Below, piece after piece: positions 30,058-38,608 of a stretch of DNA of 64,000 nt (position 1 is the stretch's first letter; every line of letters begins with the position of its first letter). Both the position numbers and the translations under genes were made by a program. The notes beneath the pieces are model-generated. The model was not told the origin of the DNA. It was given only the letters and a program-made list of their open reading frames with translations, and did not search any database. The DNA is taken from NCBI GenBank assembly GCA_038214135.1, contig JBBQSD010000016.1, positions 460-64,459 of the forward strand, written 5' to 3'. The stretch comes from Chloroflexales bacterium. Its GTDB lineage: Bacteria > Chloroflexota > Chloroflexia > Chloroflexales > Roseiflexaceae.

Positions 30058-31765
30058 TGGCATCGGTCTGCCCCTATGCAATAATCCAACATCGCCTTGT
30101 TATTGCGCCCTTGCATCCCGATGTGGTAAGATTGCAATTGGCACTCTACTCTCGGAGGCTGTGCAGGAGGCGTCGTTGAGCTCGCCCGACCAACTCCCCG
30201 ATGATGGCAACGAAAAGACGTTCACAATCCAGTTGAATCGCGACTCACTCATTCTACTGAGTGCGGTTGGCTTCTTGGGCATCGCAATTTTAGTTGCTGT
30301 CCTGTTTTCTAGCCCAGCCTCAGCTCCAACAGCAACACCAAGCGTCACTGCCCGTGCAACCAGCAGAACGATTGATGGACGACCAACAATTGCTGGGGTG
30401 ACAGCTGCACCAGCGGCAACGCTGAATGTTGCGCTCCAACCAACCGTTTCGCAACCAGGCTTCACGGAAGTTGCCATTCAGCCAACAACTGATCCAAACC
30501 CAGATATTACCGGCCCATACCCGCCGCCGAATAATGTAACTCCAACACTATCTAATCCAACATCTTTAGCACCAAGCCAGGCAACACCCACTAGTGCGCC
30601 GCCGATCTTCCAGCCAACAGTTATCGTCCCTACACTACAACCAACGCTGCTGTTGCCAACACCCAGGCCGCAAGCGACCCAAACGTTTGCACCGACGATT
30701 GCTATACCAACGCTGCCACCAGCGCCAACGCGCCAACCTGCACCGCCTGCACTAACAAGGATCGTGCCAACACCCCAGCCCACGGTTCCACCAGTAACGA
30801 TACTACGTGGCACAACCTATTGGCGAATCGACAAGAGCCCATACACGATCACCCAGAATCTCGCCATAGCACCAGGCTCAGCGCTCATTATTGAAGCAGG
30901 TGTTGAGGTTCGTTTTGCACCAGGAGTATCACTGTTTAGTGAAGGCAAACTGTATGCACTTGGCAAGCCGGGCCAACCAGTGCGCTTTGTTGGTGCAGCA
31001 CCTCAGCGTTGGGAAGGCATCTTTGGCCGAGCAGGCAGTGAAATCGTGTTCGAACAGGTTGAGGTACGCGGCGGCGGCGCAGGTGGAACGGTATTAGCAT
31101 CGGAAAGCGGCACACTCGTGTTGCGCGGCACGCGCCTGAACGACAATGGCGGCCAGATCCGCAGCAATAATAGCCGCCTCGAAGTGCGCGACTCAGAGAT
31201 TGCTGGCAACGATATGCCATATGGCGCGGCACTTGAAGCAATCTTTCGCAATGGCGGGACGACGACGATTCTGAATAATCGAATCGGCGGGAATCGTCTC
31301 GCTGCTGGCGCATCGGCGCTGCTGCTCCAGAATGATAGTGGCTTCGATGAATTGACGATTGATGTGCAGAATAATCTGCTGATCACCCAAAATGGCCCAA
31401 ACCTGACGCTTGCCACCAAAACGATGCAGTTACGTGGAAATGTGATCTGTAATTCATTGCTTGGTGGTTCAAATGGCCTGAGTATCCTTTCTGAAACCGT
31501 CCAAATCCCCGGCTTCCCACTCACGATTCGCAATAACGCCATCGATGGTCACGTCCCACCAATTATTCCGGTCTATCTGAAATATGGCATTGGCCGTGGT
31601 GCAACCAGTGCTGTACAGATCGATATGCGTACTAACTGGTGGCGTAGCGATCTTGGCCCATATGAGCCAGATCGCCATGCCGATGGGCGCGGCGATTCGG
31701 TTGGCGAGAATATCGCCTTCGATCCATGGCTCGGCGAATGGCCATCCTGCGCTCCACGGCCCTAG
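30014..31765 (+). CDS. membrane-anchored Pro/Thr-rich protein with right-handed parallel beta-helix repeats
   Basis: TM segment LILLSAVGFLGIAILVAVLF, a P/T-rich linker, then PbH1-like repeats (RGTRLNDNGG, EIAGNDMPYG, NNRIGGNRL). The ATG at 30014 lies inside repeat copy 3. In-frame GTG 30161 or TTG 30176 (after AGGAGG) are more plausible starts. Confidence 0.6.
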   Translation: MGALFPGRRLQPADSGIGLPLCNNPTSPCYCALASRCGKIAIGTLLSEAVQEASLSSPDQLPDDGNEKTFTIQLNRDSLILLSAVGFLGIAILVAVLFSSPASAPTATPSVTARATSRTIDGRPTIAGVTAAPAATLNVALQPTVSQPGFTEVAIQPTTDPNPDITGPYPPPNNVTPTLSNPTSLAPSQATPTSAPPIFQPTVIVPTLQPTLLLPTPRPQATQTFAPTIAIPTLPPAPTRQPAPPALTRIVPTPQPTVPPVTILRGTTYWRIDKSPYTITQNLAIAPGSALIIEAGVEVRFAPGVSLFSEGKLYALGKPGQPVRFVGAAPQRWEGIFGRAGSEIVFEQVEVRGGGAGGTVLASESGTLVLRGTRLNDNGGQIRSNNSRLEVRDSEIAGNDMPYGAALEAIFRNGGTTTILNNRIGGNRLAAGASALLLQNDSGFDELTIDVQNNLLITQNGPNLTLATKTMQLRGNVICNSLLGGSNGLSILSETVQIPGFPLTIRNNAIDGHVPPIIPVYLKYGIGRGATSAVQIDMRTNWWRSDLGPYEPDRHADGRGDSVGENIAFDPWLGEWPSCAPRP

Positions 31766-31779
31766 TACGCCTATGAACA

Positions 31780-32844
31780 ATGAATGATCGTATTCCTCGT
31801 ATCGACCAGATCGTGGAGGCTGCGATTGAGCAGCACATTTTTCCTGGTGCCGTGGTGCTGGTTGCAGATGGGCCAACGATTCTGCATCTCGCAGCCTATG
31901 GCACAACCATGTATGCCTCGTATGCCTCAAATTCGCCTGCCGTCACAATCGATACCATCTACGATATTGCCTCGCTGACCAAGCTGTTCACGGCAACTGC
32001 TGCATTATGTTTGTGGGAACAGGGCCAAATTGATCTTGATGCATCTGCGGCATTATATCTGCCTGAACTCCAGGCGAAGAGTGTGACAATATGGCATTTG
32101 CTGACTCATACATCTGGGCTTGATCTACAGCTCTCTGTTGCGGCACGCGCTGGCCAACATATGCTGATCGATGCAATCTATAGCGCGCCGCTTCGCCAAA
32201 CACCCGGAAGCGCCGTTGCCTATACCAATATCAACTCGCTGCTGCTTGGCGAGATTGTTGCACGGGTAGCGGGCATGCCGTTTGATGCAGCAATTAATCG
32301 GTTGATCATCCAACCACTTGGGCTACATACAACCTGTTTCCAGCCACCAAGCGCATTGCAGCATCGTATAGCACCAACTGAACACGATACAGAATGGCGA
32401 CAGCAACTCATTCATGGAACGGTTCACGATGAGAGTGCCCATGTGCTAGGCGGAATCGCAGGGCATGCCGGGCTGTTTAGTACCGCCAGTGATCTACACA
32501 AATTTTGTATGGCCTGGATGGGCAACACAAGCGCGCAACACGACCCAATGAGTACACAATCCCCATTGCTGCTATGGCCCGAGACGATTGCATTGGCGAC
32601 GAGTAACCAGGCCGTTGGGCTTGGGCTTGCGTGTGGCCTTGGTTGGATGATCGACCGACCGAATGTGATGGGATCTGCACCAACTGGCACATTCGGGCAT
32701 ACCGGCTTCACCGGCCCAGCAATTATTATCTGCCCACAGCTTCAGCGAATTATTATCGTGCTTAATAATCGCGTATTTCCACGACGAGGGCCATCAACAC
32801 ACCATTCAATCATTGCTGCTATCGTTGATACAGCGCTTTCCTAA
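31780..32844 (+). CDS. serine hydrolase, beta-lactamase (class C/PBP4*-like) family
   Basis: SxxK (IASLTKLF), YxN (AYTNIN) and HTG (FGHTGFTG) motifs. 354 aa. Confidence 0.85.
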   Translation: MNDRIPRIDQIVEAAIEQHIFPGAVVLVADGPTILHLAAYGTTMYASYASNSPAVTIDTIYDIASLTKLFTATAALCLWEQGQIDLDASAALYLPELQAKSVTIWHLLTHTSGLDLQLSVAARAGQHMLIDAIYSAPLRQTPGSAVAYTNINSLLLGEIVARVAGMPFDAAINRLIIQPLGLHTTCFQPPSALQHRIAPTEHDTEWRQQLIHGTVHDESAHVLGGIAGHAGLFSTASDLHKFCMAWMGNTSAQHDPMSTQSPLLLWPETIALATSNQAVGLGLACGLGWMIDRPNVMGSAPTGTFGHTGFTGPAIIICPQLQRIIIVLNNRVFPRRGPSTHHSIIAAIVDTALS

Positions 32845-32895
32845 TCAAATTCCAAACCGTTTCGAATCACAGGGAAACAAAGTTGCAACATATTA

Positions 32896-32924
32896 TTGGC
32901 ATGTGTTGTGCTATGCTGTATATG
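32896..32924 (+). promoter_or_regulatory. candidate promoter of the ANTAR regulator gene
   Basis: TTGGCA, 17-nt spacer, TATATG, about 60 nt upstream of the ATG at 32986. Confidence 0.3.
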
Positions 32925-32985
32925 TTAAACGAGCTGATAACAAACAGCTCCTGATACTGCCAAGCCGCATAAGAAGAGGCCGACC

Positions 32986-33570
32986 ATGCCAGTTACTCGA
33001 ATTCTTGTAGCAGAAGACAACGATCTCGTCGCGCTAACACTTGAAGAGCAGCTCAAAGGCCTTGGCTACGATGTGATCGGCATTGCCCGTACTGGTGTGG
33101 AAGCAACCGAGCTTGCTTCACGGCTGAGTCCCGATCTGATCATCATGGATATTCGTATGCCCGAGATGGAAGGGACTGAGGCTGCCTCACGGATTAACAA
33201 CCAGCGCCCAACCCCCATCCTGATGCTGACTGCCTATACAGATCGTGAAACGATTCGCAAGGCAGAACTGGCTGGCGCTCTCGGATACCTGGTCAAGCCT
33301 GTCAACGAGGCCGAACTATCGCCGGCAATCAATATCGCACTGGCCCGTTTTCGCGAGCTTCAAGCCCTACGCAATCAGGTCGTCGAATTGGAAGATTCGC
33401 TAGAGGCCCGTAAACTGATCGAACGTGCAAAGGGCATCCTCATGCAGCGGCTTGGGCTCAGCGAACGTGATGCCTATGAGCGCCTGCGCCAACGCGCCCG
33501 TGACAAGCGAGCCAAGATGAAGGATATTGCCCAGGCAATCATCGAAGCCGAGGAATTGCTGAATACATAG
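32986..33570 (+). CDS. response regulator with ANTAR RNA-binding output domain (PdtaR/AmiR-like)
   Basis: REC motifs ILVAEDNDLV, DLIIMDIRMPEMEG and LTAY..KP. ANTAR region LEARKLIERAKGILMQRLGLSERDAYERLRQRARDKRAKMKDIAQAII. Confidence 0.9.
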   Translation: MPVTRILVAEDNDLVALTLEEQLKGLGYDVIGIARTGVEATELASRLSPDLIIMDIRMPEMEGTEAASRINNQRPTPILMLTAYTDRETIRKAELAGALGYLVKPVNEAELSPAINIALARFRELQALRNQVVELEDSLEARKLIERAKGILMQRLGLSERDAYERLRQRARDKRAKMKDIAQAIIEAEELLNT

Positions 33571-33571
33571 C

Positions 33572-33600
33572 TTGACGCTGTTCGGAATGTATGCTATATT
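33572..33600 (+). promoter_or_regulatory. sigma-70-type promoter of the aro leader
   Basis: TTGACG (33572-77), 17-nt spacer, TATATT (33595-600). Confidence 0.6.
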
Positions 33601-33633
33601 CGCTGCGTCAAGCAAACGGAGCATGTGTAACTC

Positions 33634-33717
33634 ATGAACAACGCGATACGTCAGCAATCATGGTATGGCTATTTTTATTTTACCGGCTCACATAGGAGAC
33701 TGGTTGCTTCGCGTTGA
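33634..33717 (+). CDS. aromatic amino-acid leader peptide MNNAIRQQSWYGYFYFTGSHRRLVASR
   Basis: A 27-codon ORF whose codons 10-16 are W Y G Y F Y F. It lies between a promoter and a terminator, upstream of aroH. GGAG lies 12 nt upstream, which is long spacing. Confidence 0.6.
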   Translation: MNNAIRQQSWYGYFYFTGSHRRLVASR

Positions 33718-33744
33718 GATTAAGTTAGGTTAGGTATAAACAGG

Positions 33745-33790
33745 TGGCGTGGAGCAACAAGCTCCACGCCATTTTGTTTGCTCTCGTTTT
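33745..33790 (+). terminator. attenuator terminator upstream of aroH
   Basis: GGCGTGGAGC-AACAA-GCTCCACGCC is followed by ATTTTGTTTGCTCTCGTTTT. An alternative 11-bp pairing exists between 33703-33713 and 33748-33758. Confidence 0.75.
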
Positions 33791-33829
33791 GGGCACTCTG
33801 CTATGCCGTTGCCAATGGAGGAGATGTGT

Positions 33830-34246
33830 ATGACCCTTTGCTGCCGGGGGATTCGCGGAGCCACCACCGCCGATGCTAACACCCGCGAGGCTATTCTAGA
33901 GGCCACGCGTGAAATGCTCCAGCAGATCATTCTGGCCAATGATCTGCTGGCTGATGATATCGCAAGCGCGATCTTCAGCACAACCCCGGATCTCAACGCG
34001 GAATTTCCAGCGGTTGCTGCCCGCGAATTGGGCTGGCTCGATACGGCACTCATGTGTACGCACGAAATGGCGGTTCCTGGCAGCCTCGAACGCTGTGTTC
34101 GTGTGCTTATTCATTGGAACACCACCCGCCGCGCCGATGAGATCATTCATGTCTATATCCGTGGGGCACGCTGGCTGCGCCCTGAGCTTGCAGCTGCGCT
34201 CCCAGCCCGGCTGGCAGCAAAGCAACAGGTCGCCTCCGATGGCTAG
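33830..34246 (+). CDS. aroH: chorismate mutase, AroH class
   Basis: MTLCCRGIRGATT...TPDLNAEFPAVAARE resembles B. subtilis AroH (IRGIRGATT, TPDL..FPA). I set the start to ATG 33830, which has GGAGGAG upstream. Confidence 0.88.
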   Translation: MTLCCRGIRGATTADANTREAILEATREMLQQIILANDLLADDIASAIFSTTPDLNAEFPAVAARELGWLDTALMCTHEMAVPGSLERCVRVLIHWNTTRRADEIIHVYIRGARWLRPELAAALPARLAAKQQVASDG

Positions 34247-34249
34247 GAG

Positions 34250-34355
34250 CCAAGTATTCAGGAGTTAGGAGTCAGGAGTCAGAATACGAGAACGAGCTGA
34301 GAACCAAGCATTCAGGAGTCAGGAGTCTGAATATGGGAACGAGCTGAGAACCAAG
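34250..34355 (+). repeat. tandem duplication of a 47-54-bp heptamer-containing unit
   Basis: CCAAGYATTCAGGAGT(TAGGAGT)CAGGAGTCWGAATAYGRGAACGAGCTGAGAA occurs twice (34250-34303 and 34304-34350), followed by a partial third start. Confidence 0.9.
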
Positions 34356-34381
34356 AACTAGGTAATAGCCAAAACTACTGA

Positions 34382-34587
34382 TTGATCGCAGCCGAGGCAT
34401 AGGCAACTAACATCGCAGTGCCACAAAGGTGCATTTGGGGTTCGGGGCAAGGCCCCGACCGTGGGTCGTGGCCGGGGTACCCTTTGGGTCTGGCACCCCC
34501 GGACGGGACCGCCCTGACCGCAGGTGCGGGGCGCGTAGCCCCGAGCAAACGGCAGATAACCAACAATTATGTAAGGAGAACGGCGGC
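34382..34587 (+). other. ~206-nt GC-rich leader element (candidate cis-regulatory RNA or repeat), copy E1
   Basis: It starts with TTGATCGCAGCCGAGGCAT. The identical 19-mer, in the same orientation and at a similar distance (212 nt) from a start codon, occurs at 42646-42628 on the minus strand. Confidence 0.35.
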
Positions 34588-35628
34588 ATGATCGTCATTA
34601 TGAGCAACAGTGCGACCCAGCAGGATATCGATACGGTGCTGGAGCGCCTGAAGGAGCACAACTTGAGCGGCAAAATCATTGTTGGCGAAGAACGCAGCAT
34701 CATCGGGGTTGTTGGCGCAAGCATCCCGCCAACCCTGAAAGAAGAGATCGAACGCTTCCGAGGCGTGCAGGAGGCAACCCGCATCACCAGGCCGTACAAG
34801 CAGGCATCGCGTGAGTTCCACCCCCACGATACAATTGTTAACGTGCGTGGAGTCATCGTTGGCGGCAAGCAATCAGTGGTGATCGCCGGACCGTGTGCTG
34901 TCGAGAGTGAGGAACAAATCCTGCGTACCGCCCATGCCGTTCGTGATGCTGGTGCAACGATGCTACGCGGTGGAGCCTTCAAACCACGCTCATCACCATA
35001 CACATTCCGTGGGCTTGGCGAACAGGGCCTCAAACTATTGGCTTTGGCACGCGAAGAAACCGGGCTACCAATTGTCACCGAGGTGATGACACCAACAGAT
35101 GTCGATCTTGTCGCACAGTATGCCGATGTGTTGCAAATCGGCGCTCGCAACATGCAGAACTACCAATTGCTCGAAGAAGTTGGCCGCAGCCGCAAGGCAG
35201 TGCTGCTGAAGCGCGGGCTATCGGCCACCTTCGAGGAATGGATGCTATCGGCAGAATATATCATCAATCAGGGCAACCCGAATGTTATTCTGTGTGAGCG
35301 CGGCATCCGCACCTTCGAAACCGCCACCCGCAATACCATGGATCTAAATGCGATTGCATTGGTCAAGCGCCGTAGCCACCTGCCCGTCATTTCAGATCCA
35401 TCGCACGGAACCGGCAAATGGTATCTGGTTGCCCCATTGGCATTGGCCTCGATTGCGGCTGGTGCCGATGGCCTGATCATCGAAGTCCATCCTGATCCAG
35501 ATCGGGCAACTTCGGATGGTGGCCAATCGCTGACCTGCGAAAATTTTGCTGCGCTCATGCCACAGATTGCCGGCGTTGCCGCTGCTGTCGGCAAGCATCT
35601 ACAGGTGCCAATGGCAGTGCCAGCGTAA
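34588..35628 (+). CDS. aroF: 3-deoxy-7-phosphoheptulonate (DAHP) synthase, type I-beta with N-terminal ferredoxin/ACT-like regulatory domain
   Basis: [20 protein letters not shown] and [11 protein letters not shown] motifs, plus a ~70-aa N-terminal extension as in the Thermotoga enzyme. I set the start to ATG 34588, which has AAGGAG 9 nt upstream. Confidence 0.9.
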   Translation: MIVIMSNSATQQDIDTVLERLKEHNLSGKIIVGEERSIIGVVGASIPPTLKEEIERFRGVQEATRITRPYKQASREFHPHDTIVNVRGVIVGGKQSVVIAGPCAVESEEQILRTAHAVRDAGATMLRGGAFKPRSSPYTFRGLGEQGLKLLALAREETGLPIVTEVMTPTDVDLVAQYADVLQIGARNMQNYQLLEEVGRSRKAVLLKRGLSATFEEWMLSAEYIINQGNPNVILCERGIRTFETATRNTMDLNAIALVKRRSHLPVISDPSHGTGKWYLVAPLALASIAAGADGLIIEVHPDPDRATSDGGQSLTCENFAALMPQIAGVAAAVGKHLQVPMAVPA

Positions 35629-35640
35629 TCCGTCATGCCC

Positions 35641-35680
35641 TCACCCCTGGCCCCTCTCCCACGCCGGGGAGAGGGGAAGC
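35641..35680. repeat. GC-rich hairpin element CCCCTCTCCC-ACGCC-GGGGAGAGGGG
   Basis: It lies just after the aroF stop. It is related in style to 12449-12504 and 17158-17210. It has no U-tract, so terminator function is uncertain. Confidence 0.6.
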
Positions 35681-35700
35681 CATTACAAAAGATACCATGC

Positions 35701-35728
35701 TTGACGCTCCCTTCCCACATGCTATAAT
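35701..35728 (+). promoter_or_regulatory. sigma-70-type promoter of the 897-aa secreted protein gene
   Basis: TTGACG, 16-nt spacer, TATAAT (35723-28), 40 nt upstream of the GTG start. Confidence 0.6.
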
Positions 35729-35767
35729 GCGGCTGCCTGGCGGGAGGTAAGCGAGAGGTACAGTATT

Positions 35768-38461
35768 GTGAAGCGATGGACGATAGTTCGGTGTCTTATA
35801 ACTTGTTTTGTAATGGTTCTGATACCACTAGCAAGTCTGACAATCCCCAACGCCCAGGCGCAAACCGGATCACCAAATACATTTACATATAATATTCAGC
35901 CGGGTAATTCGCAATCGCAGAATTTTACTATTCAAAATACGACTGGTGTTACCAAGAACTATACTGCCAGCGCGGTGCTTCCGGGGTCGTTTCCAGCAAC
36001 CCAAATTACCGTAACTGTCTCCCCATCGACACTGCCACAGCTTGCAGCGAATGCATCGACAACGATAAGCACACAGGTGAATGTCGCAGCTGGAACACCA
36101 TTTGGCACCTATGGCTTTTCAATTGCCGTCAACGATGGCACGACAACCAGTACTGTGGTCAATGCCAGTGTTGTTGTCTCTGCACCGACCGCAACGACCG
36201 TCCCAACCTATTCATTAACACCAACCAGCCAGACAATCAGCGCTCCGGCTGGAGGGTCGTCGGTTTCATCAAGCCCGCTGACGCTTACGTCAACAGGGAT
36301 CGGTGTGCAGACGTACACAATCAGCACGAATATTGCCAGTTTCCCTGGTTGGAGTGCCGTCATTCTGCCGAACACAACCCTCCAGATCAATGGTGGTTCA
36401 AGTTCAAATATTACAATTCAGATTACCGCACCAGCGGCTGCAACAACACCAATCGTTCTACAGGTAACCGCCACTCGCCAGAGTGATGGGGCGAATGTCT
36501 CTGCGATTATCAATGTCAATGTGACCGCTGCAACATTAACGCCAACCCTTACCTCAACACTCACACCAACAACAGGCCCAGTTTGCCCAGAGGGTAATCG
36601 TGATCCAGGGAATGATCAGGGAAATGCAAGACTTATTCTTGTTGATACACCCAACAATTATGGCATCTGCTACCAGGGCGATGAGGATTGGTTCAAATTC
36701 GGCGGAATCGGCGGCAAGGTCTATACCATTGATATCACCCGTTTCGATGCTGGCATCGATCTGGTGATTGAACTCTATGATGAGAATGGCGTACGCCTGG
36801 CCGCCAATGATGATTTCTTCGCCCGTACCCCAGCGCCGACGGCCGCTGCCGTTCAGACTCCGCTGCCGACTCGCGATATTGCGCCACGAATCCAATCCTG
36901 GCGTGCGCCAAAGGATGGCATCTACTATCTGCGGGTTCGTGATGCGGCAGGAATTGGTGGCAGTAACAAGACCTATACGCTGGTGGTCTTTTCGGAGAGC
37001 TATGGCCCAACGCCAATAACCGTCTCCGAGATTTGCCGTGATCTGTTTGAAGAGGATGGCCTGCCCGAAGAGGCCAAGCTGATCACATCAAATGAGATCC
37101 AACCAAGCCATCGGCTCTGCCCAGTCGGTGATGCCGATTGGGTGAAGTTCTTTGGTAAAGCTGGCAAAACATACTATATCTACACCGACACGCGCCCGTA
37201 CCGGAATAATCCAGCAGCGAATCCCTCAACCAACGAATCCGAGGCTGGCGCGGATACCCAATTGTATCTGGTAGATCGCGATGGCCTGACGGTTCTCGAT
37301 TTCAATGATGATATTAATGGGCCAGATGGCAGTTCGCTGGACTCGCAGATCCGTTTTGTGCCAAGAGTCGATGGCTTCTATTTCGCACAGGTCAAGAATG
37401 CTGGCGATATTGGCAATCAGTTTATTCGCTATGATCTCGTGCTAACACAATGCGCTCCTGGCAAGGATGATTGTGGCCGCGCCAAGGTGGCAACGACGAT
37501 TGTTGCAACACCAATACCTGCAATCACGCAGACACCCATTTCATTCAATCCAACACCAACTCCTGTTGTTGTCACCGCTACTCCGATCACACTCACACCA
37601 ACGATCAACGCATTTCTGGAACAAACCCAGCGTTCCGGCCTGCTGAATGGCCCATTGATCGGTTTTGCCGATCCAACATTTGGGCAAGTCTGGCAGCGAA
37701 CAGATCGTCCTATCGCACAGGGACGCGCAACCCGCAGTTGGATGTGGGGGCCGCGTGGCCTCATGGCTCGCTCAGAGGGTTATGTTCAAGCGGATGGCGG
37801 CCTGCGGCAGGTACAATACTTCGATAAAGGCCGCATGGAGGTGGGTAATCCAGGCGGTGATCGAACAAGCCCATGGTTCGTCACCAGTGGCCTGTTGGCG
37901 ACCGAGCTTGTGACTGGGCGCATGCAGGTTGGTGATAGCGATTTTGTTCAACGCAGCCCAGCCGATATTCCAATTGCTGGTGATCTCAATAGCGCAACTG
38001 GGCCAACCTATGCCAGCTTCGCAGGTGTAGTTGGCGTGCAAGCTGGAGATCGAAGCGGGAGCTTACCGCTCGACATGATCGACCGCAGTGGGCAAATGAG
38101 TCGCTACAGCGGTTCGGAACAAGCTAACACGCGGTTCACACACTTCGTCTCAGAGACAGGCCATAATATTCCGGGCATCTTCTGGCGCTACCTGAATGCC
38201 AATGGCCCGATCGATGAGGGTGGGCAGGTACGTAACGGCCAGCTGATGAACTGGGTGTTTACGATGGGCTATCCGATCAGCGAGCCATTCTGGGCACGTG
38301 TACAGGTTGGCGGCAGTGAGCGCATAGTGCTTGTTCAGATCTTCCAACGGAGAGTGCTCACCTTCGATCCAGCAAATGCCAGCGCATGGCAGGTCGAAAT
38401 GGGCAATGTCGGGCGTCATTATTACCGCTGGCGTTATGGCGAAGATCTGCCGGTATCGTAG
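35768..38461 (+). CDS. large secreted protein with Ig-like/Thr-rich N-terminal region, two PPC (pre-peptidase C-terminal)-like domains and an unknown C-terminal domain
   Basis: GTG start with signal peptide [34 protein letters not shown]-like motifs are [13 protein letters not shown] and [15 protein letters not shown] linkers are present. Confidence 0.6.
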   Translation: MKRWTIVRCLITCFVMVLIPLASLTIPNAQAQTGSPNTFTYNIQPGNSQSQNFTIQNTTGVTKNYTASAVLPGSFPATQITVTVSPSTLPQLAANASTTISTQVNVAAGTPFGTYGFSIAVNDGTTTSTVVNASVVVSAPTATTVPTYSLTPTSQTISAPAGGSSVSSSPLTLTSTGIGVQTYTISTNIASFPGWSAVILPNTTLQINGGSSSNITIQITAPAAATTPIVLQVTATRQSDGANVSAIINVNVTAATLTPTLTSTLTPTTGPVCPEGNRDPGNDQGNARLILVDTPNNYGICYQGDEDWFKFGGIGGKVYTIDITRFDAGIDLVIELYDENGVRLAANDDFFARTPAPTAAAVQTPLPTRDIAPRIQSWRAPKDGIYYLRVRDAAGIGGSNKTYTLVVFSESYGPTPITVSEICRDLFEEDGLPEEAKLITSNEIQPSHRLCPVGDADWVKFFGKAGKTYYIYTDTRPYRNNPAANPSTNESEAGADTQLYLVDRDGLTVLDFNDDINGPDGSSLDSQIRFVPRVDGFYFAQVKNAGDIGNQFIRYDLVLTQCAPGKDDCGRAKVATTIVATPIPAITQTPISFNPTPTPVVVTATPITLTPTINAFLEQTQRSGLLNGPLIGFADPTFGQVWQRTDRPIAQGRATRSWMWGPRGLMARSEGYVQADGGLRQVQYFDKGRMEVGNPGGDRTSPWFVTSGLLATELVTGRMQVGDSDFVQRSPADIPIAGDLNSATGPTYASFAGVVGVQAGDRSGSLPLDMIDRSGQMSRYSGSEQANTRFTHFVSETGHNIPGIFWRYLNANGPIDEGGQVRNGQLMNWVFTMGYPISEPFWARVQVGGSERIVLVQIFQRRVLTFDPANASAWQVEMGNVGRHYYRWRYGEDLPVS

Positions 38462-38493
38462 GCCAACACGCGCTAACAAGCCAATAAAAAATG

Positions 38494-38535
38494 CCCCACC
38501 CGATTAGATCAGGTGGGGCTCCGCATTTGTTATAC
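38494..38535. terminator. bidirectional intrinsic terminator
   Basis: GCCCCACC-CGATTAGATCA-GGTGGGGC. The plus side has TCCGCATTTGTTATA and the minus side has ATTTTTTATTGG. Confidence 0.75.
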
Positions 38536-38554
38536 GTCCTTGGGAAGTACCAAC

Positions 38555-38608
38555 TAGCGCTTGCGGATGGTCGTGCGGCGATCTTCAGTAAAGAAACTGC
38601 GTAACATT
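38555..38608 (-). CDS. candidate 17-aa basic small protein MLRSFFTEDRRTTIRKR
   Basis: ATG 38608 has AGGAGA 9 nt upstream. The stop lies 35 nt before a hairpin with a T6 tract on the same strand. I recognised no homology. Confidence 0.35.

Noticed and set aside
30014-30175. ATG 30014 as the true start of the beta-helix protein.
   Set aside because: The ATG and the first ~15 codons lie inside the 90-bp double-hairpin repeat. In-frame GTG 30161 or TTG 30176, preceded by GGAGG/AGGAGG, are more plausible. I kept the ORF-track coordinates but flagged the issue.
33600-33760. A canonical ANTAR dual-hexaloop RNA target within the aro leader.
   Set aside because: I could not find two tandem stem-loops with A..G.. 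hexaloops overlapping the terminator arm. Only adjacency to the ANTAR gene remains, and it is reported as a low-confidence idea.
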